Below are positions 12,095-25,720 of a stretch of DNA of 64,000 nt, piece by piece. The translations under genes were made by a program, and so were the position numbers. The stretch is taken from contig OX597819.1 in the NCBI GenBank assembly GCA_951406725.2, forward strand, positions 39,060,001-39,124,000, written 5' to 3'. How positions within the stretch are numbered: position 1 is the first letter of the stretch; the number at the start of each line of letters is the position of its first letter. This DNA comes from Octopus vulgaris. Taxonomy: Eukaryota. The notes under the pieces are model-generated. The model saw nothing but the letters and a program-made list of their open reading frames with translations, was not told the DNA's origin and did not search any database.

Positions 12095-12783
12095 CTAAAT
12101 TAAGTTAAGAGCAAGAATAAATGCATATTCTTGTATAGAATTAAATTTATTTGTATCTTCTGTGGCTTTGTTATATAATTACATTCTGAAAAACAAAAGT
12201 ATGCAGGTCAGAAGATGAAAGCCAAACTTGTCATTAAGTGTAAGCTAACTGGCTGAAAAGTTAATAGATAATACAACTTCCATTTACCCAGTAATGAAAT
12301 AAGTGCCATGGCAAATACAACCATACAGTTGTTATATAGGATACATTAACTCAGTATATTGTTGTATGTATATGTGACAATACTTATGCAAATTTCTGAT
12401 CATCATCCTGTTCCTTAAGATTGCATTGAGGCTCATACCAACTAGCATGCTTCTCACTCTTTCCTGTGACAGCTCAATATCCATGTTGAAATGTTAAAGG
12501 TGTTTTAATGTAGATTTAAAATGTTTCAATATAAACGATATTAGAGGGTGTAAAATATCTGCCAATTTGATATACAGAAGATCAATAGCCCTACTGCTGT
12601 GACATGAGTCCTGTTCTATATTGATTGCTAATTGACCACATTCCCAAGTTAACAACAGAGCTTGCAGAATGCTAGCCTGTCCTTTTCAAGGAAGGCACTA
12701 TAAACGTTTTTCTTTCCTTTTTTTTAATTTTTTTTTTTTTTGAGTCAGTTGATCTTTTTGTGATCATATTTCTAAGAAAAAGT

Positions 12784-13119
12784 GAAGGCGCATGGCTCAG
12801 TGGTTAGAGCATTGAGCTTACGATCATGAGGTTGTGAGGTCGAATCCCAGACCGGGCTGTGTGTTGTGTTCTTGAGCAAGACACTTTATTTGACGTTGCT
12901 CCAGTTCACTCAGCTGTAGAAATGAGTTGCAACGTGACAGGTGCCAAGCTGTATCAGCCCCTTTGCCTTTCCCTTGGATAACACTGGTTGCGTGGAGAGG
13001 GGAGGCCGGCATGCATGGGCGACTGCTGGTCTTCCATAAACAACCTTGCCCGGACTTGTGCCTGAGAGGGTAACTTTCTAGGTGCAATCCCATGGTCAAT
13101 CATGACTGAAGGAGGGCTC
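12784..13119 (+). mobile_element. SINE family A
   Basis: Homologous to 1043-1376. Flanking repeat ATTTCTAAGAAA at 12768 and 13123. Confidence 0.88.
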
Positions 13120-13307
13120 AACATTTCTAAGAAACCAACCTCCCTAAATTTCATTTAATTTAGAAAACAATGAAGAATGTGGAATGATCTAGTATAATTA
13201 ATTTTTTTATTTTATTTTATTTATTTAAGCCAAAATGTTCTCAATATTATGATGGAAGATTTTTAATTCAAATATGAACATTTTTGAAACAGGAAGTTTC
13301 ATATTAA

Positions 13308-13669
13308 CCCTTTAGCATTCAGATTTCTTTGTCAATATGTAATTCATCTTGTTTTGAAGTAATCATGCATTATTCTGTAGATTCAAGATTTCAACAGTTA
13401 TCATCATCATTTAACACCTGCTTTCCATGCTGGCATGGGTTAGACAGTTTGACTGCAACTGGTTCCAGTCTAATTTGGCATAGTTTCTATGGCTGGATGC
13501 CCTTCCTAATGCCAACCACTCCAAGAGTGTAATGGGTGCTTTTTATGTGCCACCAGCACATTTTTAGAATGGCATTGTAGGGTAGGTATGAGAGGTTGGA
13601 TCTGGTCAGTTTTAACATAAAACAGGGATAATATTTGGGCCAGATATGACCAGATTAAAAGCTAAAGGG
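13308..13669. mobile_element. piggyBac-type MITE with nested family E fragment
   Basis: TTAA|CCCTTTAGC ... GCTAAAGGG|TTAA. Confidence 0.75.
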
Positions 13670-13968
13670 TTAAGGAAACAAAAGACAGATTGGCATTGAA
13701 AGGGATAAAACTGAACTATTTTACCATCAGAATATTATTTATCAATCACTTACGACTGCGTCTCTATTATGAGTTTCAGCTGCATGCGCTCAGCATGTCC
13801 AATGTTGTATAAGATCATGGTGAGAATAAATATTATGAACAATCAAGAGCTACACACAGAAGAGCCATGGTGCAAAAGTATTGCAAACAACCATACGATA
13901 GTTGAAATAGGAAGTTCTATCAACTGAAAGAGAAAAACCTTTGGAATTAACAAAATGCACTATATAGA

Positions 13969-14320
13969 CATCATCATTGTTTAACGTCCATTCTCCATGC
14001 TAGCATGGGTTTGACGGTTCAACCGGGATCTGGGAAGCTAGAAGGCTGCACCAGACTCCAGTTTGATCTAGCAGTGTTTCTACAGCTGGATGCCCTTCCT
14101 AACACCAACCACTCCGTGAGTGTAGTGGGTGTTTTTTACGTGCCACTGGCACAGGTGCCAGGTGTGGCTGGCAATGGCCCCGATCAGATAGGTGCTTTTT
14201 ACGTGCCACCGGCATGGAAGCCAGTCAAGGCGGAGCTGGCATCAGCCACGTTCGGATGGTGCTTTTTACGTGCCACTGGCACAGGGATTACAACTACAAT
14301 TTCCATTGATTTTTGATGAC
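13969..14320 (-). mobile_element. Family E element with internal GGTGCTTTTTACGTGCCAC repeats
   Basis: RTE-type tail plus three TTTTACGTGCCAC motifs. Confidence 0.7.
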
Positions 14321-15599
14321 ATCCTTGCAAAAACAAACTGACTGGTTATATATGATCTATAGAATATCCAATCAAGAAACCAGAAAGGAAAGAAGAAAAA
14401 GCACCTGGAACAACCCAGTAGCTCATTCTGTTACAACAATTTAGAAAAGTGTACAGACATATTTGGAAATCAAAAGATAAAGGCGGTAAAAAAAGCAACA
14501 AAAATTTCAGTTCTTGATAGAAAATAAACATTTACAAATCTATAAAGGTGCTGCAACAGTAGTTTTAGAATTATTACATAACTCATAGACTTATATCATA
14601 AATTATAGAACTATTACATAAATTCACAAACATTTTGTCTGGTTTGAAACTAAAAGAAAAAAAAAATTATCAGACTTGTCACTACAAATGTTAAATCCAT
14701 TTTTATCCTTTTTTTAACCTTTCATGCAAATGAAATATACTATCCATATCTTTCAATTAACACTGGGAAATAATCAAATATTTGGAAGGGATTAAAAATA
14801 TTAATTTTTAAAATATCTTTTTTTTTTTGCTATTAAATTGAATATTTAGAACACAATTTACTTTATCTTAAGGTATGAAAGATGCGTGAGTGTATAAGAT
14901 GCATTCAGATTTCAGCAACAAATATTCAGGAAAAAAGTTTTTAGTGCACTAGGCTCATCTTAGCATAAAATTACATCCAGGGTGACTTTTTGAAACATTT
15001 TTTTGTATAAAAAAAAGAAAAATGTCTTATAGGCCACTAAATACAGTAACCAAATATTGTTACTATGTAAAGTCATGAAGACAGTGACCAGGCAGAACCA
15101 TTAACATATCAGAGAAAATGTTTAGCAGCATTTTGTCCATCTTTACATTCTGTACCCAAATTCTGCCAAGTTTATCTTTGCTTTACATCTTTTCAGGGTC
15201 AATAAAATAAGTATCAGTCAAGTACTGAGATTGATATAACTGGCTTCCCCCCTTCCCTTCAAAATTGCTAACCTTATGCAACCGGGGGATACATTTGACT
15301 ACTAATTCTTGATCTAGAAGTGTTTCTACAGCTGGATGCCCTTCCTAATGCCAACCACTCCGAGAGTGTAGTGGGTGCTTTTTACATGCCACCAGTACAA
15401 GGGCCAGCCAGGCAATATCAAAGAGTATTTAGAACATGAAACATGATCCAGATTTAATAACTTTCAAAACTGTCAGTAATACGAGAAATGCATAACTGGA
15501 CATTACTTTTAACGAAGCTTGTACATACTGACATATATGAGAGAGAAAGAGAGGGAGGGAGAGAGAGAGAGAGAGATGATATTATTTGATGTGGAGTTT

Positions 15600-15790
15600 C
15601 TTGCATAAAGATAGGTTGATCACTTGAAATAGATGAAACAAGTGGAAGAGTGAGAATGTTTTGAAGACAGATCTCATGAAACTGAGCCTCAGGGACAATA
15701 TAACAAAGAACCATGATTTGTGGTGACACATGATACTGAAGAAGAGCTACCCACTAATGCAAGTATGGAAGACTTTGAAATTATGAAGAA
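15600..15790 (+). pseudogene. Decayed RTE-like LINE 3' end
   Basis: ENVLKTDLMKLSLRDNITKNHDLW resembles RTE ..VK.D...L.L......DR..W, followed by ATGCAAGTATGGAAGAC tail. Confidence 0.4.
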
Positions 15791-16108
15791 GTTTGACATG
15801 TTTACTATATCTATATTTAAGTCTGTCACCCACTATGCTTTTGCTAAGTCTTTACCTACACCCATCCAACTCTTTGTTATTCTTTCATCTCGCATTTAAT
15901 CTCTTTTCATGCCACCTGTGTTCCGTTTCTATCTTTGTGTATATAACAAGAAATCTGTCAAAATTCAATACTACCTGTGACCATTCTTTGTACTGCTTGT
16001 CATCATCACACTTTCTCTCTCATATCACTCAGTATTGACTGCCATCACTCTCTGTCTTTTTTTTTTTTTACATCACCTGCTCCCCCTACTTCTCTCTTTC
16101 TCTTACCC

Positions 16109-16411
16109 GTGGTTGTTCCTTCTCGAGCTACACTTGGCTCATAAGGGCCGGTTTCCCAGTTCCCTTGGCGTATAGATTCCCCACCTGGACGTGGCACCGG
16201 TCTGTCGCAGGTGAGCTGCAAGATGCAGGAGGAAAGAGTGAGAGAAAGTTGTGGCAAAAAAGTCAGCAGAAGTTCGCCATTACCTTTTGCCAGAGTCATG
16301 TGGAGCTTAGGTGTTTCACTCATAAACACACACATCGCCTGGTCTGAGATTCGAACCTGCGATCCCTCAACCGCAAGTCCGATGCTCTAACCACTAGGCC
16401 ATGTGCCTCCA
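16109..16411 (-). mobile_element. SINE family B head with tail type 3
   Basis: Homologous to 61915-62227. CTCACCTGCGAC.GACCGG..CC.GTCCAGG domain. Confidence 0.85.
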
Positions 16412-16699
16412 CCTTACCCATGGTTATATTTGCTATCCTTCAATCCTTCACATTCCCTCTATCACTACTTCTTTCTCTATTACTCTTTGTTAACACATGT
16501 CATTGGCTTCCACTTCTCATTACTGCTTCTTCCATTATGTTACCTCACCCTATCACTCACTCATCTTCCAACTATTTTACCAACAACTAACATGTAACTG
16601 CCTATCACCATCTCTTATCCATTACCCCCTCCTCTGCCACTGCATTACTTCCATTACTCTGCTTCTCCCATCATACTCATGCTCTCTTTTTTTTTTTCT

Positions 16700-17084
16700 A
16701 TTCTTTTATTTGTTTCAGTCATTTGACTGCGGCCATGCTAGAGCACCGCCTTTAGTCAAACAAATCGACCCTCAGGACTTATTCTTTGCAAGCCTAGTAC
16801 TTATTCTATCGATCTCTTTTCTGAATTGCTAAGTTACCAGGATGTAAACACACCAGTATCGGTTGTCAAGTGCTGGTGGGGGGAACAAATACAGACACAC
16901 AAACATACACACAGACACACCACACACACATATACGATGGGCTTCTTTCAGTTTCCATCTATCAAATCCACTCACAAGGCTTTGGTTGACCTGAAGCTAT
17001 AGTAGAAGACATTTACCCAAGGTGCCACCCAGTGGTAATGAACCCGGAACCATGTGGTTGGTAAGCAAACTACTTACCACACAG
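16700..17084 (-). mobile_element. SINE family D (internal microsatellite, CR1-type tail)
   Basis: CTGTGTGGTAAG head, TGTGAGTGGATTTG, tail GCATGGCCGCAGTCAAATGACTGAAAC. Confidence 0.85.
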
Positions 17085-17963
17085 TCATTCACGTTCTTCT
17101 CTTGGTTCTCTCTCTCTCTCCCTCTCTCTCTTCTTCTTCTTCTTCTTCTCTATCACCATTCTTTCTTCCAATCAACTTCTTAGTCACATTTGCAGTGAAC
17201 AAATTGAGAGAAAGTAGAGTAGAGAGGACTCTTCAGTTTTGCTGAGGATACAGCAATCTCTCTAGTGTTGGTGCCATCACAAAAATGCACGCAGTACACT
17301 CAGTAAAATGGGTGGTGCTAGGAAGGGCATCCAACTGTAGAAAACATGTCAAAAATGGAACCCATGAGCAACATATGGACTTCCTGTCTCAGAGGACAGT
17401 AGCACCAAAGATGATGATAATGACAATAGTGATGATATATGTATTTATGAATGCATATGTGTGTGTGTGAGAGAGTGTATATTATGTATACATCATCATC
17501 ATTATGCAACATTCATTTCCCATGCTGGCATTGGTTGGATGATTAAATAGGAGCTGGCAAACCAAGGGACTGCGCCAAACTCCAATGTCTGCTTTTGGCA
17601 TGGATTCTACATAGTTTGATGCCCTTCCTAATACCAACCACTTTACAGAATGTAGTAAATGCTTTTTTTATGTGACCTCCAGTATCAGTGAGGTCACCAG
17701 GTAACTTGCAAGAGAAGACTCTTCAACTGAGGGGCTATGTAATATTAAGGAAGATGGCTTTGTGCCAGCTGGTGAGAGTTTAAAGTATGATAGAGGCAAA
17801 GAAACAGGTGTCTTGCTGTAGAGGAGATACCTGGCTAACTGCTGTGAAAGAGAAGATGGTGGCTAAGATATGTCAGGGAATGTCCTGAATTGGACAGGGT
17901 GAGTGGGTGCATAAATTCATGATGTGTGTGTGTGAGTCTATATGTATATATATATATATATAT

Positions 17964-18260
17964 ATCACTGTGATCACCGTGACCAACCAGGCTGTCAGAT
18001 GTTGCAACACATCGCTGGTCACAATGCGCTTCGCATTGTTTTAGCCTTCAAATGACGCCAACCCACTGGCTAAGCAAGCAGGCCAACAGAAGAAAGAGTG
18101 AGAGAAAGTTGTGGTGAAAGAGTACAGCAGGGATCGCCACCACCCCCTACCGGAGCCTCGTGGAGCTTTAGGTGTTTTCACTCAATAAACACTCACAACG
18201 CCCGCTCTGGGAATTGAAACCGCGAGTCCGCTACCCTAACCACTGGGCCATTGCGCCTCC
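17964..18260 (-). mobile_element. SINE family B head with tail type 2
   Basis: Homologous to 22915-23227. Confidence 0.85.
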
Positions 18261-18746
18261 ATATATCGGCCTTTTCGCATCCATCAGTCGTTGTAGCAAC
18301 ACGTTTTTGTTTGTCTCCTGTGGCCATAAGGCACAACTCTACAAGCCAGCCCCAAACTCAACTCGTCCTGTCAAAAGACCCTTGTCCTACGTCCTGGTTT
18401 TGTTTTTATCCTTACCATTATTGTTTTTACGTTTTTGTATTCTTATTCGTGCTTTCCTTATTGTTTTCATGTATTTTTGTATTTATATTCGTGTACATCG
18501 TCCGTTTTCCATCCTTGTGTTGTATACATTCGAAGCTTTCTTCCAAGGGATCTAATGCGCTTGGCTTAGATTTCCCTTGGGGGTTGCCCAGGTCGGAGCA
18601 ATCTCAAGATTAATCAGCCGAAATTGCGAAGATGATCCAGTTCTTGACTGATGACTGAGGGCTTCGAATGTCCCGTCCTGTGGTTCTTGTGTCGTCTTCT
18701 AGGTGTTTCACGTTCTTGTCCCATTTTGCATATATTTTTTACTTTT

Positions 18747-18806
<60 letters not shown>

Positions 18807-18974
18807 TATATACATACACACAAATACAATGCACATGTTTAAATGTTTAAATGTACACTGCATTTATATGAATAATATACAGTCTATTGACTAAATTTTT
18901 ACATGCTAGGCCACTGGTAATGGAAATTTCTAATATTTCTGATTTCTCGTTGATGTTATTAATTATATATATAT

Positions 18975-19128
18975 ATATTCGTCTTCCCTTCCTTGGATCT
19001 TTCCTTTTCCTATGTTTCTGACAAAGAGCTCCGCTCGAAACGTTAAATCCTCCTTCTTTCTTTCCTTTCCTGAATCTCCAATAACACTATACTTGTTCCA
19101 TGTCCTCGCGTTGTTGTGTTTTCTCTTT
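18975..19128 (+). mobile_element. Hammerhead-bearing short repeat, family 1
   Basis: CTGACAA-A-GAGC-TCC-GCTC-GAAACGTT. Reverse homologue of 6632-6815. Confidence 0.7.
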
Positions 19129-19335
19129 GTGGTTGGCGTTAGGAAGAGCATCCAGCCGTAGAAACACTGCCAGATCAGACTGGAGCCTGGCACAGCCTCC
19201 TGGCTTCCCAGACCCCGGTTGAACCGTCCAACCCATGCTAGCATACAAAAAGGACGTTAAACGATGATGATGATGATATAAATTTATAAATGTATGCATA
19301 TAAATATATAAACTGCGTTATACACATATACATGC

Positions 19336-19775
19336 AAGCATGGTTGTTTGGTTGAAAAGCTTGCTTTCCAGCCATGTGGTCTTGGGTTCAATCCTACTGT
19401 GCAGTACCCACTGCAGGGCACCTAGGGTAAATGTCTTCTGTTATAGCCTTGGCCGACCAAAGCCTTGACAGTGGATATGGTTGACGGAAACTAAAAGAAA
19501 AGTATGTGCGTGCGTGTGTGTTTGTGAGTGTGTGTGTGAGTATGTTTGTGTGAGTGTATGTGTGTGAGCGTGTGTAAATGTGAGTGTGCGTATGTATGTT
19601 ATATCTAAGTGTTTCTTTGTATAACTTAGCGGCTCAGCAAACGGAACCCATAGAACAAGTACCATGTTTAAAAGAAGAAAAAAAAAGGTACTAGGGACGA
19701 TTTCTTTCGGTTAAATCTTCCAAGGTCGTGCCCCAGCATGGCCGTAGTCCAATGATTGAAACAAGTAAAAAAGAT
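19336..19775 (+). mobile_element. SINE family D (diverged)
   Basis: Family D head, body and tail motifs. Confidence 0.75.
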
Positions 19776-20444
19776 ATATACGTATGAAGTTGGGGTCGGG
19801 GTATCAGATGTTGCCGCGCGCGTGTGCATAAGTATGAGTATGAACGTTTGCACGTCTGGTTTTTTGTTCTACAGACGCATTCTCAAAAGGAAATTAACTG
19901 CTCTGGTACTTTCATTACGCCTGAATTTCCTGTAAACTTAAAACAGGTCATAACGTTCGCTGAACTGTGATACTTTCACTATGTCTGCAATTCGTGGAAT
20001 CACTAAAAACCAAATATATAGGTAGCCGAGAACCGAGAAATATGCGTAAATTTAACTTCAAATACATGTGTATATTGTTAGATATATAGATATTTGGCAC
20101 GTTATATTTTTTTTTAGTTACCATTATTACCACTAAATAATAATATGGCGGTGGAGAGGCATGACTTTTTATTCAATTAATCCCTTCTGTTATGGTTTGC
20201 TGCAACATAACTACAAAACTGAATATTCATCATTGAATTTTCAATAAGCACGCCGTTAGTATGCGTGCGCGTGTGTGTGAGAGTGCAGACATAATGCATG
20301 CATGCATACATAAATACATACATATGTACATATATTTATCTACATGCACACATACATATGTAAATGCATATGTATGCATATAAATCCATATAATCATATA
20401 CAAAATATAAACGCACGTAGATATACACACACATGCACACATAC

Positions 20445-20815
20445 TCTTTTACTCCTTTACTTGTTTCAGTTATTTGACTGTGGCCATGCTGGAGCACCGA
20501 CTTATTCTTTGTAAGCCTAGTATTTATTCTATCGGTCTCTTTTGCCGAACCGCTAAGTTACGGGGACCTAAACACACCAGCATCGGTTGTCAAGCGATGC
20601 TGGGAGGACAAACACAGACACACACACACACACACACATATGTACATATATACGACGGGCTTCTTTCAGTTTCCGTCTACCAAATCCACTCACAAGACTT
20701 TGGTCGGCTCGAGGCTATAGTAGAAGACACTTGCCCAAAGTGCCACGCAGTGAGACTGATCCCGGAACCATGTGGCTGGTAAGCAAGCTACTTACCACAC
20801 AGCCACTCTTACGCC
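20445..20815 (-). mobile_element. SINE family D
   Basis: Family D motifs. Confidence 0.85.
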
Positions 20816-20911
20816 TACATACATACATACATACATACATGCATACATACATACATACATACATACATACATACATACATACATACATACATGCATGCAT
20901 ACATACCTACA

Positions 20912-20943
<32 letters not shown>

Positions 20944-20948
20944 CATAC

Positions 20949-20983
<35 letters not shown>

Positions 20984-21237
20984 CATACATACATACATAC
21001 ATACATACATACATACATACATACATACATACATACATACATACATACATACATACATACATACATACATACATACATACATACATGCATGCATACATAC
21101 ATATATACATGCATACATACATATATACATGCATGCATACATACATATATACATACATACATACATGCATGCATGCATGCATGCATACATACATACATAC
21201 ATACATACATACATACATACATACATACATACATACA

Positions 21238-21267
<30 letters not shown>
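20816..21267. repeat. (TACA)n microsatellite
   Basis: Direct inspection. Confidence 0.95.
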
Positions 21268-21268
<1 letters not shown>

Positions 21269-21544
21269 TTCGTTGTAGATCTTTTTCCTGGCGATAGATG
21301 AGAGTTCTGCAATTTCTTAGTGAATGACCTGCACAGATGATTTGTTTATGGTGATCAAATGTTTCTACTGTGCATTACCTCACTCTCTCAATCAAATCAA
21401 CATTGTCTGCGCAACATCCTAACCACAGGGTTACACATACACACACAAGCACACGCCTTGAATTCTCACATCAATTTTGATGACTTAGCACCATCCACTT
21501 TCTTTTTATTATTCATTGAATGAGCATGCAAAGTATCTGAATTC

Positions 21545-21885
21545 GGCATAGTTTCGGTTGTAGTAGCACAGATTTCCGTCGATTTCCGTAAAAAACATTT
21601 ATTTTTTTACATAAGTAATGAGAGCGAAAGAGACTAAGAGGAAGCGATTTTACGACGAGAAGGTTTCACTTTGAAGTCGGCCTGTGTGTGTTTGATGGGG
21701 TGTGGGAGACAGACAGTATGTTGTGTAAGTGAAGTGCTTCTGTTAGTGTGTGTGAAGAGACAGACATACATATACACATACACCGAGTAAAAGATTACTA
21801 TGAATCGGCCATACATACATACATACATACACACACACACATACATAGATACATACACACACACACATACATACATACATACACA

Positions 21886-21923
<38 letters not shown>

Positions 21924-22112
21924 TACATACACACACACACATACATACATATACACATACACCGAGTAAAAAATTACGATGAATCGGCCATACATACATA
22001 CATACACACACACATACTTACACACACACACATACATAGATACATACACACACACACACATACATGCATACATACATATACACATACACCGAGTAAAAAA
22101 TCAGTTATCTCT
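21545..22112. mobile_element. Rearranged relative of the 22459-22899 MITE with 3x CCGAGTAAAA units
   Basis: 21573-21763 is the reverse complement of parts of 22615-22872. CTGAATTC flanks both ends. Confidence 0.55.
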
Positions 22113-22384
22113 CTGAATTCTTTTAAAGGTACACGTGTTTATACCCCCAAGGAAATTCACAGGGATAAAAATTAGGGTTAGATTTGTGCGTCAAGGTTTT
22201 TGAATTGTAGTTCGTTTTATTAGACTCTGCATAATTTCCGCCTACCTAAATTCTCTAAACCGGAGGGCATTGTAAACAAGCTTATCGGAGCGAGGTCGAA
22301 TCTAGGAACTCATTGGTGCGAAACTAACTTCGCCGACACACACACATACATATGTGTGTGTGTGTATTTATGTAATACATTGGT

Positions 22385-22449
<65 letters not shown>

Positions 22450-22458
22450 GATAGAACT

Positions 22459-22899
22459 GGCGATCATTCGTCTCTAGTAGACCTTTCCGTCGATTTCCGT
22501 AATTTTTTTTTTTTTTTACATATGGGCTTGCGGGAACTTTTGAAGTAATATACATACATATACACATACACCGAGAGTAAAAAATTTCAGTTATCTCTTT
22601 CTTTCACACATTACTCTGTCTCTTCACACACACTAACAGAAGCACTTCACTTACACAACATACTGTCTGTCTCCCACACCCCATCAAACACACACACACA
22701 CACACACGCACGCACACACGCATGTCCATCAATGCTCCCATGCACGGTAACTTCAAAAGAACTTCCCTCGTCATACAATCGCTTTCTCTTAGTCTCTTTC
22801 GCTCTCATTACTTCAAAAGTTCCCGCAAGCCCATATGTAAAAAAAAAAAAAAATTTTACGGAAATCGACGGAAAGGTCTACTAGAGACGAAAGATTGCC
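22459..22899. mobile_element. MITE with ~90-bp TIRs, GG...CC ends and 8-bp TSD (Merlin/Mutator-like)
   Basis: TSD ATAGAACT at 22451-22458 and 22900-22907. Confidence 0.85.
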
Positions 22900-22914
22900 A
22901 TAGAACTATACATA

Positions 22915-23227
22915 TATCACCGTGATCACCGTGACCGACCAGGCTATCAGATGTTGCTACACATCGCTGGTCACAATGCGCTTCGCATTGTTTTAGCCTT
23001 CAAATGACGCCACCCCGCTGGCTAAGCAAGCAGGCCAACAGAAGAAAGAGTGAGAGAATGTTGTGGTGAAAGAGTACAGCAGGGATCGCCACCACCCCCT
23101 ACCGGAGCCTCGTGGAGCTTTAGGTGTTTTCACTCAATAAACACTCACAACGCCTGGTCTGGGAATCGAAACCGCGATCCTACGACCGCGAGTCCACTGC
23201 CCTAACCACTGGGCCATTGCACCTCCA
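22915..23227 (-). mobile_element. SINE family B, tail type 2
   Basis: Homologous to 17964-18260. Confidence 0.88.
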
Positions 23228-23525
23228 CACACACACACATACACACACACACAATTGCTTTAATGTCAACTTTTTCATGTTTGTGTGGGTCAGACAAATT
23301 TCATTAAGACAGATTTTCTACAGCCGGATGCACTTCCTGTCACTAAGCCTCACCTGTTACCAAACAAGTTAATATTTTTCCACCGCTGGACATGTTTTCA
23401 TGGAAGATTGCAAACCAACGACACTGATGGTGACGCTTGTTTACAACTATCAAGCAACGTCAAGATAAGGACACACACACATGCATACAAACATTACATA
23501 CATACATACAGACAGACATATATAT

Positions 23526-23576
<51 letters not shown>

Positions 23577-23580
<4 letters not shown>

Positions 23581-23688
23581 CGTAGGAGTGGCTGTGTGGT
23601 AAGTAGTTAGCTTACGAACCTCGGGCCGACCAAAGCCTTGTGAGTGGATTTGGTAGACGGAAACTGAAAGAAGCCCGTCGTATATATG

Positions 23689-23735
<47 letters not shown>

Positions 23736-23925
23736 TTGTCCCCCCAACATCGCTTGACAACCGATGCTGGTGTGTTTACGTCCCCGTCATCCAGCGGTTC
23801 GGCAAAAGAGACCGATAGAATAAGTACTAGGCTTCCAAAGAATAAGTCCTGGGGTCGATTTGCTCGACTAAAGGCGGTGCTCCAGCATGGCCACAGTCAA
23901 ATGACTGAAACAAGTAAAAGAGTAA
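23577..23925 (+). mobile_element. SINE family D (internal deletion)
   Basis: Family D motifs. Confidence 0.85.
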
Positions 23926-24239
23926 AGTGTATATAGTAAATCCCCCAAAAGAACAAACACCCAAAACAAAAAAAAAACAACGCCGGGGCGTGATACATGT
24001 AATGTATTAGCAGACGCTCGGGAAAGGAAACGATAGGCTTCTTTCAGTTTCTTCTCCGATAGCCTGTAGGGACATTTATCTATAAATTGGGGCTATAACA
24101 GGAGACATTTACCCAAGATGACAACATATCGGGAGTGAACTGAAAATCCAGGCTGAGAAGCAAACTTCGTAACCACACAACTCTCTCTCTCTCTACACAC
24201 ACATACACACACGTACATATATATGTATATAATATATAC

Positions 24240-24720
24240 ACACACACACACCTATACATATATACACCTATACATATATATATGTAAATATAGACCTATA
24301 CATATATATATGTATATATAGACCTATACATATATATATATATATATATACACCTATACATATATATATATATACACCTATACATATATATATATACACC
24401 TATACATATATATATATATACACCTATACATATATATACACCTATACATATATATACACACCTATACATATATATATAGACACCTATTCATATATATACA
24501 CCTATTCATATTCATATATATATATATATATACCTATACATATATATATAGACACCTATTCATATATATACACCTATTCATATATATATATATACACCTA
24601 TTCATATATATATATATACACCTATACATATATATATATATATATATATACACCTATACATATATATATATATATACACCTATACATATATATATATATA
24701 TACACCTATACATATATATA
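24240..24720. repeat. Minisatellite CACCTA(T)ACA/TTCA(TA)n
   Basis: About 20 units with variable TA spacers. Confidence 0.9.
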
Positions 24721-24969
24721 TATATAATATATATATATATATGCATACATATATATATATATGCATACATATATATATATATATATATGCATACACATAT
24801 ACACATATACAAACATTCCTACAAACATACATACAACGTATGAATATATATAATTTATTCTGAATTTATTGATATCTGGATTTACCATTATACCTACACA
24901 CACACACACCTGTTGCATTAAACAGGTGAATATGTTCAAAATTCTGTAGAAGCAGATGACTGACAGTAT

Positions 24970-25027
<58 letters not shown>

Positions 25028-25605
25028 CGCGCGCGTGTATGTGTGTGTATCTGTTTCTGTGTGATATAATACACTACATTTACATTTATGGTATATTAGA
25101 TAATTAACCACTTAGACATGTCATATTTTCAACGAAACCGTCACCGTTTCTTTGAATGCACTATTCTTCACAAATTACTCACGCAAGAAATGCCAGGAAA
25201 ACCGTATTTGAATACATTTGCATAAACTTACACACGCAAGCACACACACACACATACACAGACTGACGGTTTTAAAATAAAGACGGTATTTTTCGTTAAC
25301 TAAAAAAGGGTAAGTTATAATATAAAATGTTAGTGGGGAAAACAGTTCCAGCGCTAGTTTTTTTGGAACCGACTTTTACACGTTATTTTAGGTGAGGTAT
25401 AAAGGACTAACAGTAGAAGTTCCTACTGATAATGCTCAGATGGAATCCTTACAGGTTGGTGGTAATTGTTGTTTACCTTCCAAGATAGCCCTTTCTGTCA
25501 GACTAACGACATTCAAGCCATGGCCATCACGTCTGTTTTAGGCATAGTAATCCCCGTCCGTATTTCGCTATTCATTGTGTCCCTTTTTGTTTCATTACGG
25601 TATAG

Positions 25606-25720
25606 AGCGGAAGTAAAGAATACATACACCACCCGTTTTCGGCGTAACAAAAACCCTATCCCTACCCTAAACCCTAACCCTAACCTTAAACACCGGGTGT
25701 ACGTATTCTTTACTTTCGCC
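25606..25720. mobile_element. 115-bp MITE with internal CCCTAA repeats
   Basis: TIRs AGCGGAAGTAAAGAATACATACACC / GGTGTACGTATTCTTTACTTTCGCC. TSD CGGTATAG/CTGTATAG (7/8). Confidence 0.7.

Noticed and set aside
18600-18640. Decayed hammerhead-like motif (CTCAAGA...GAAATTGCG)
   Set aside because: Core and stem II too degenerate
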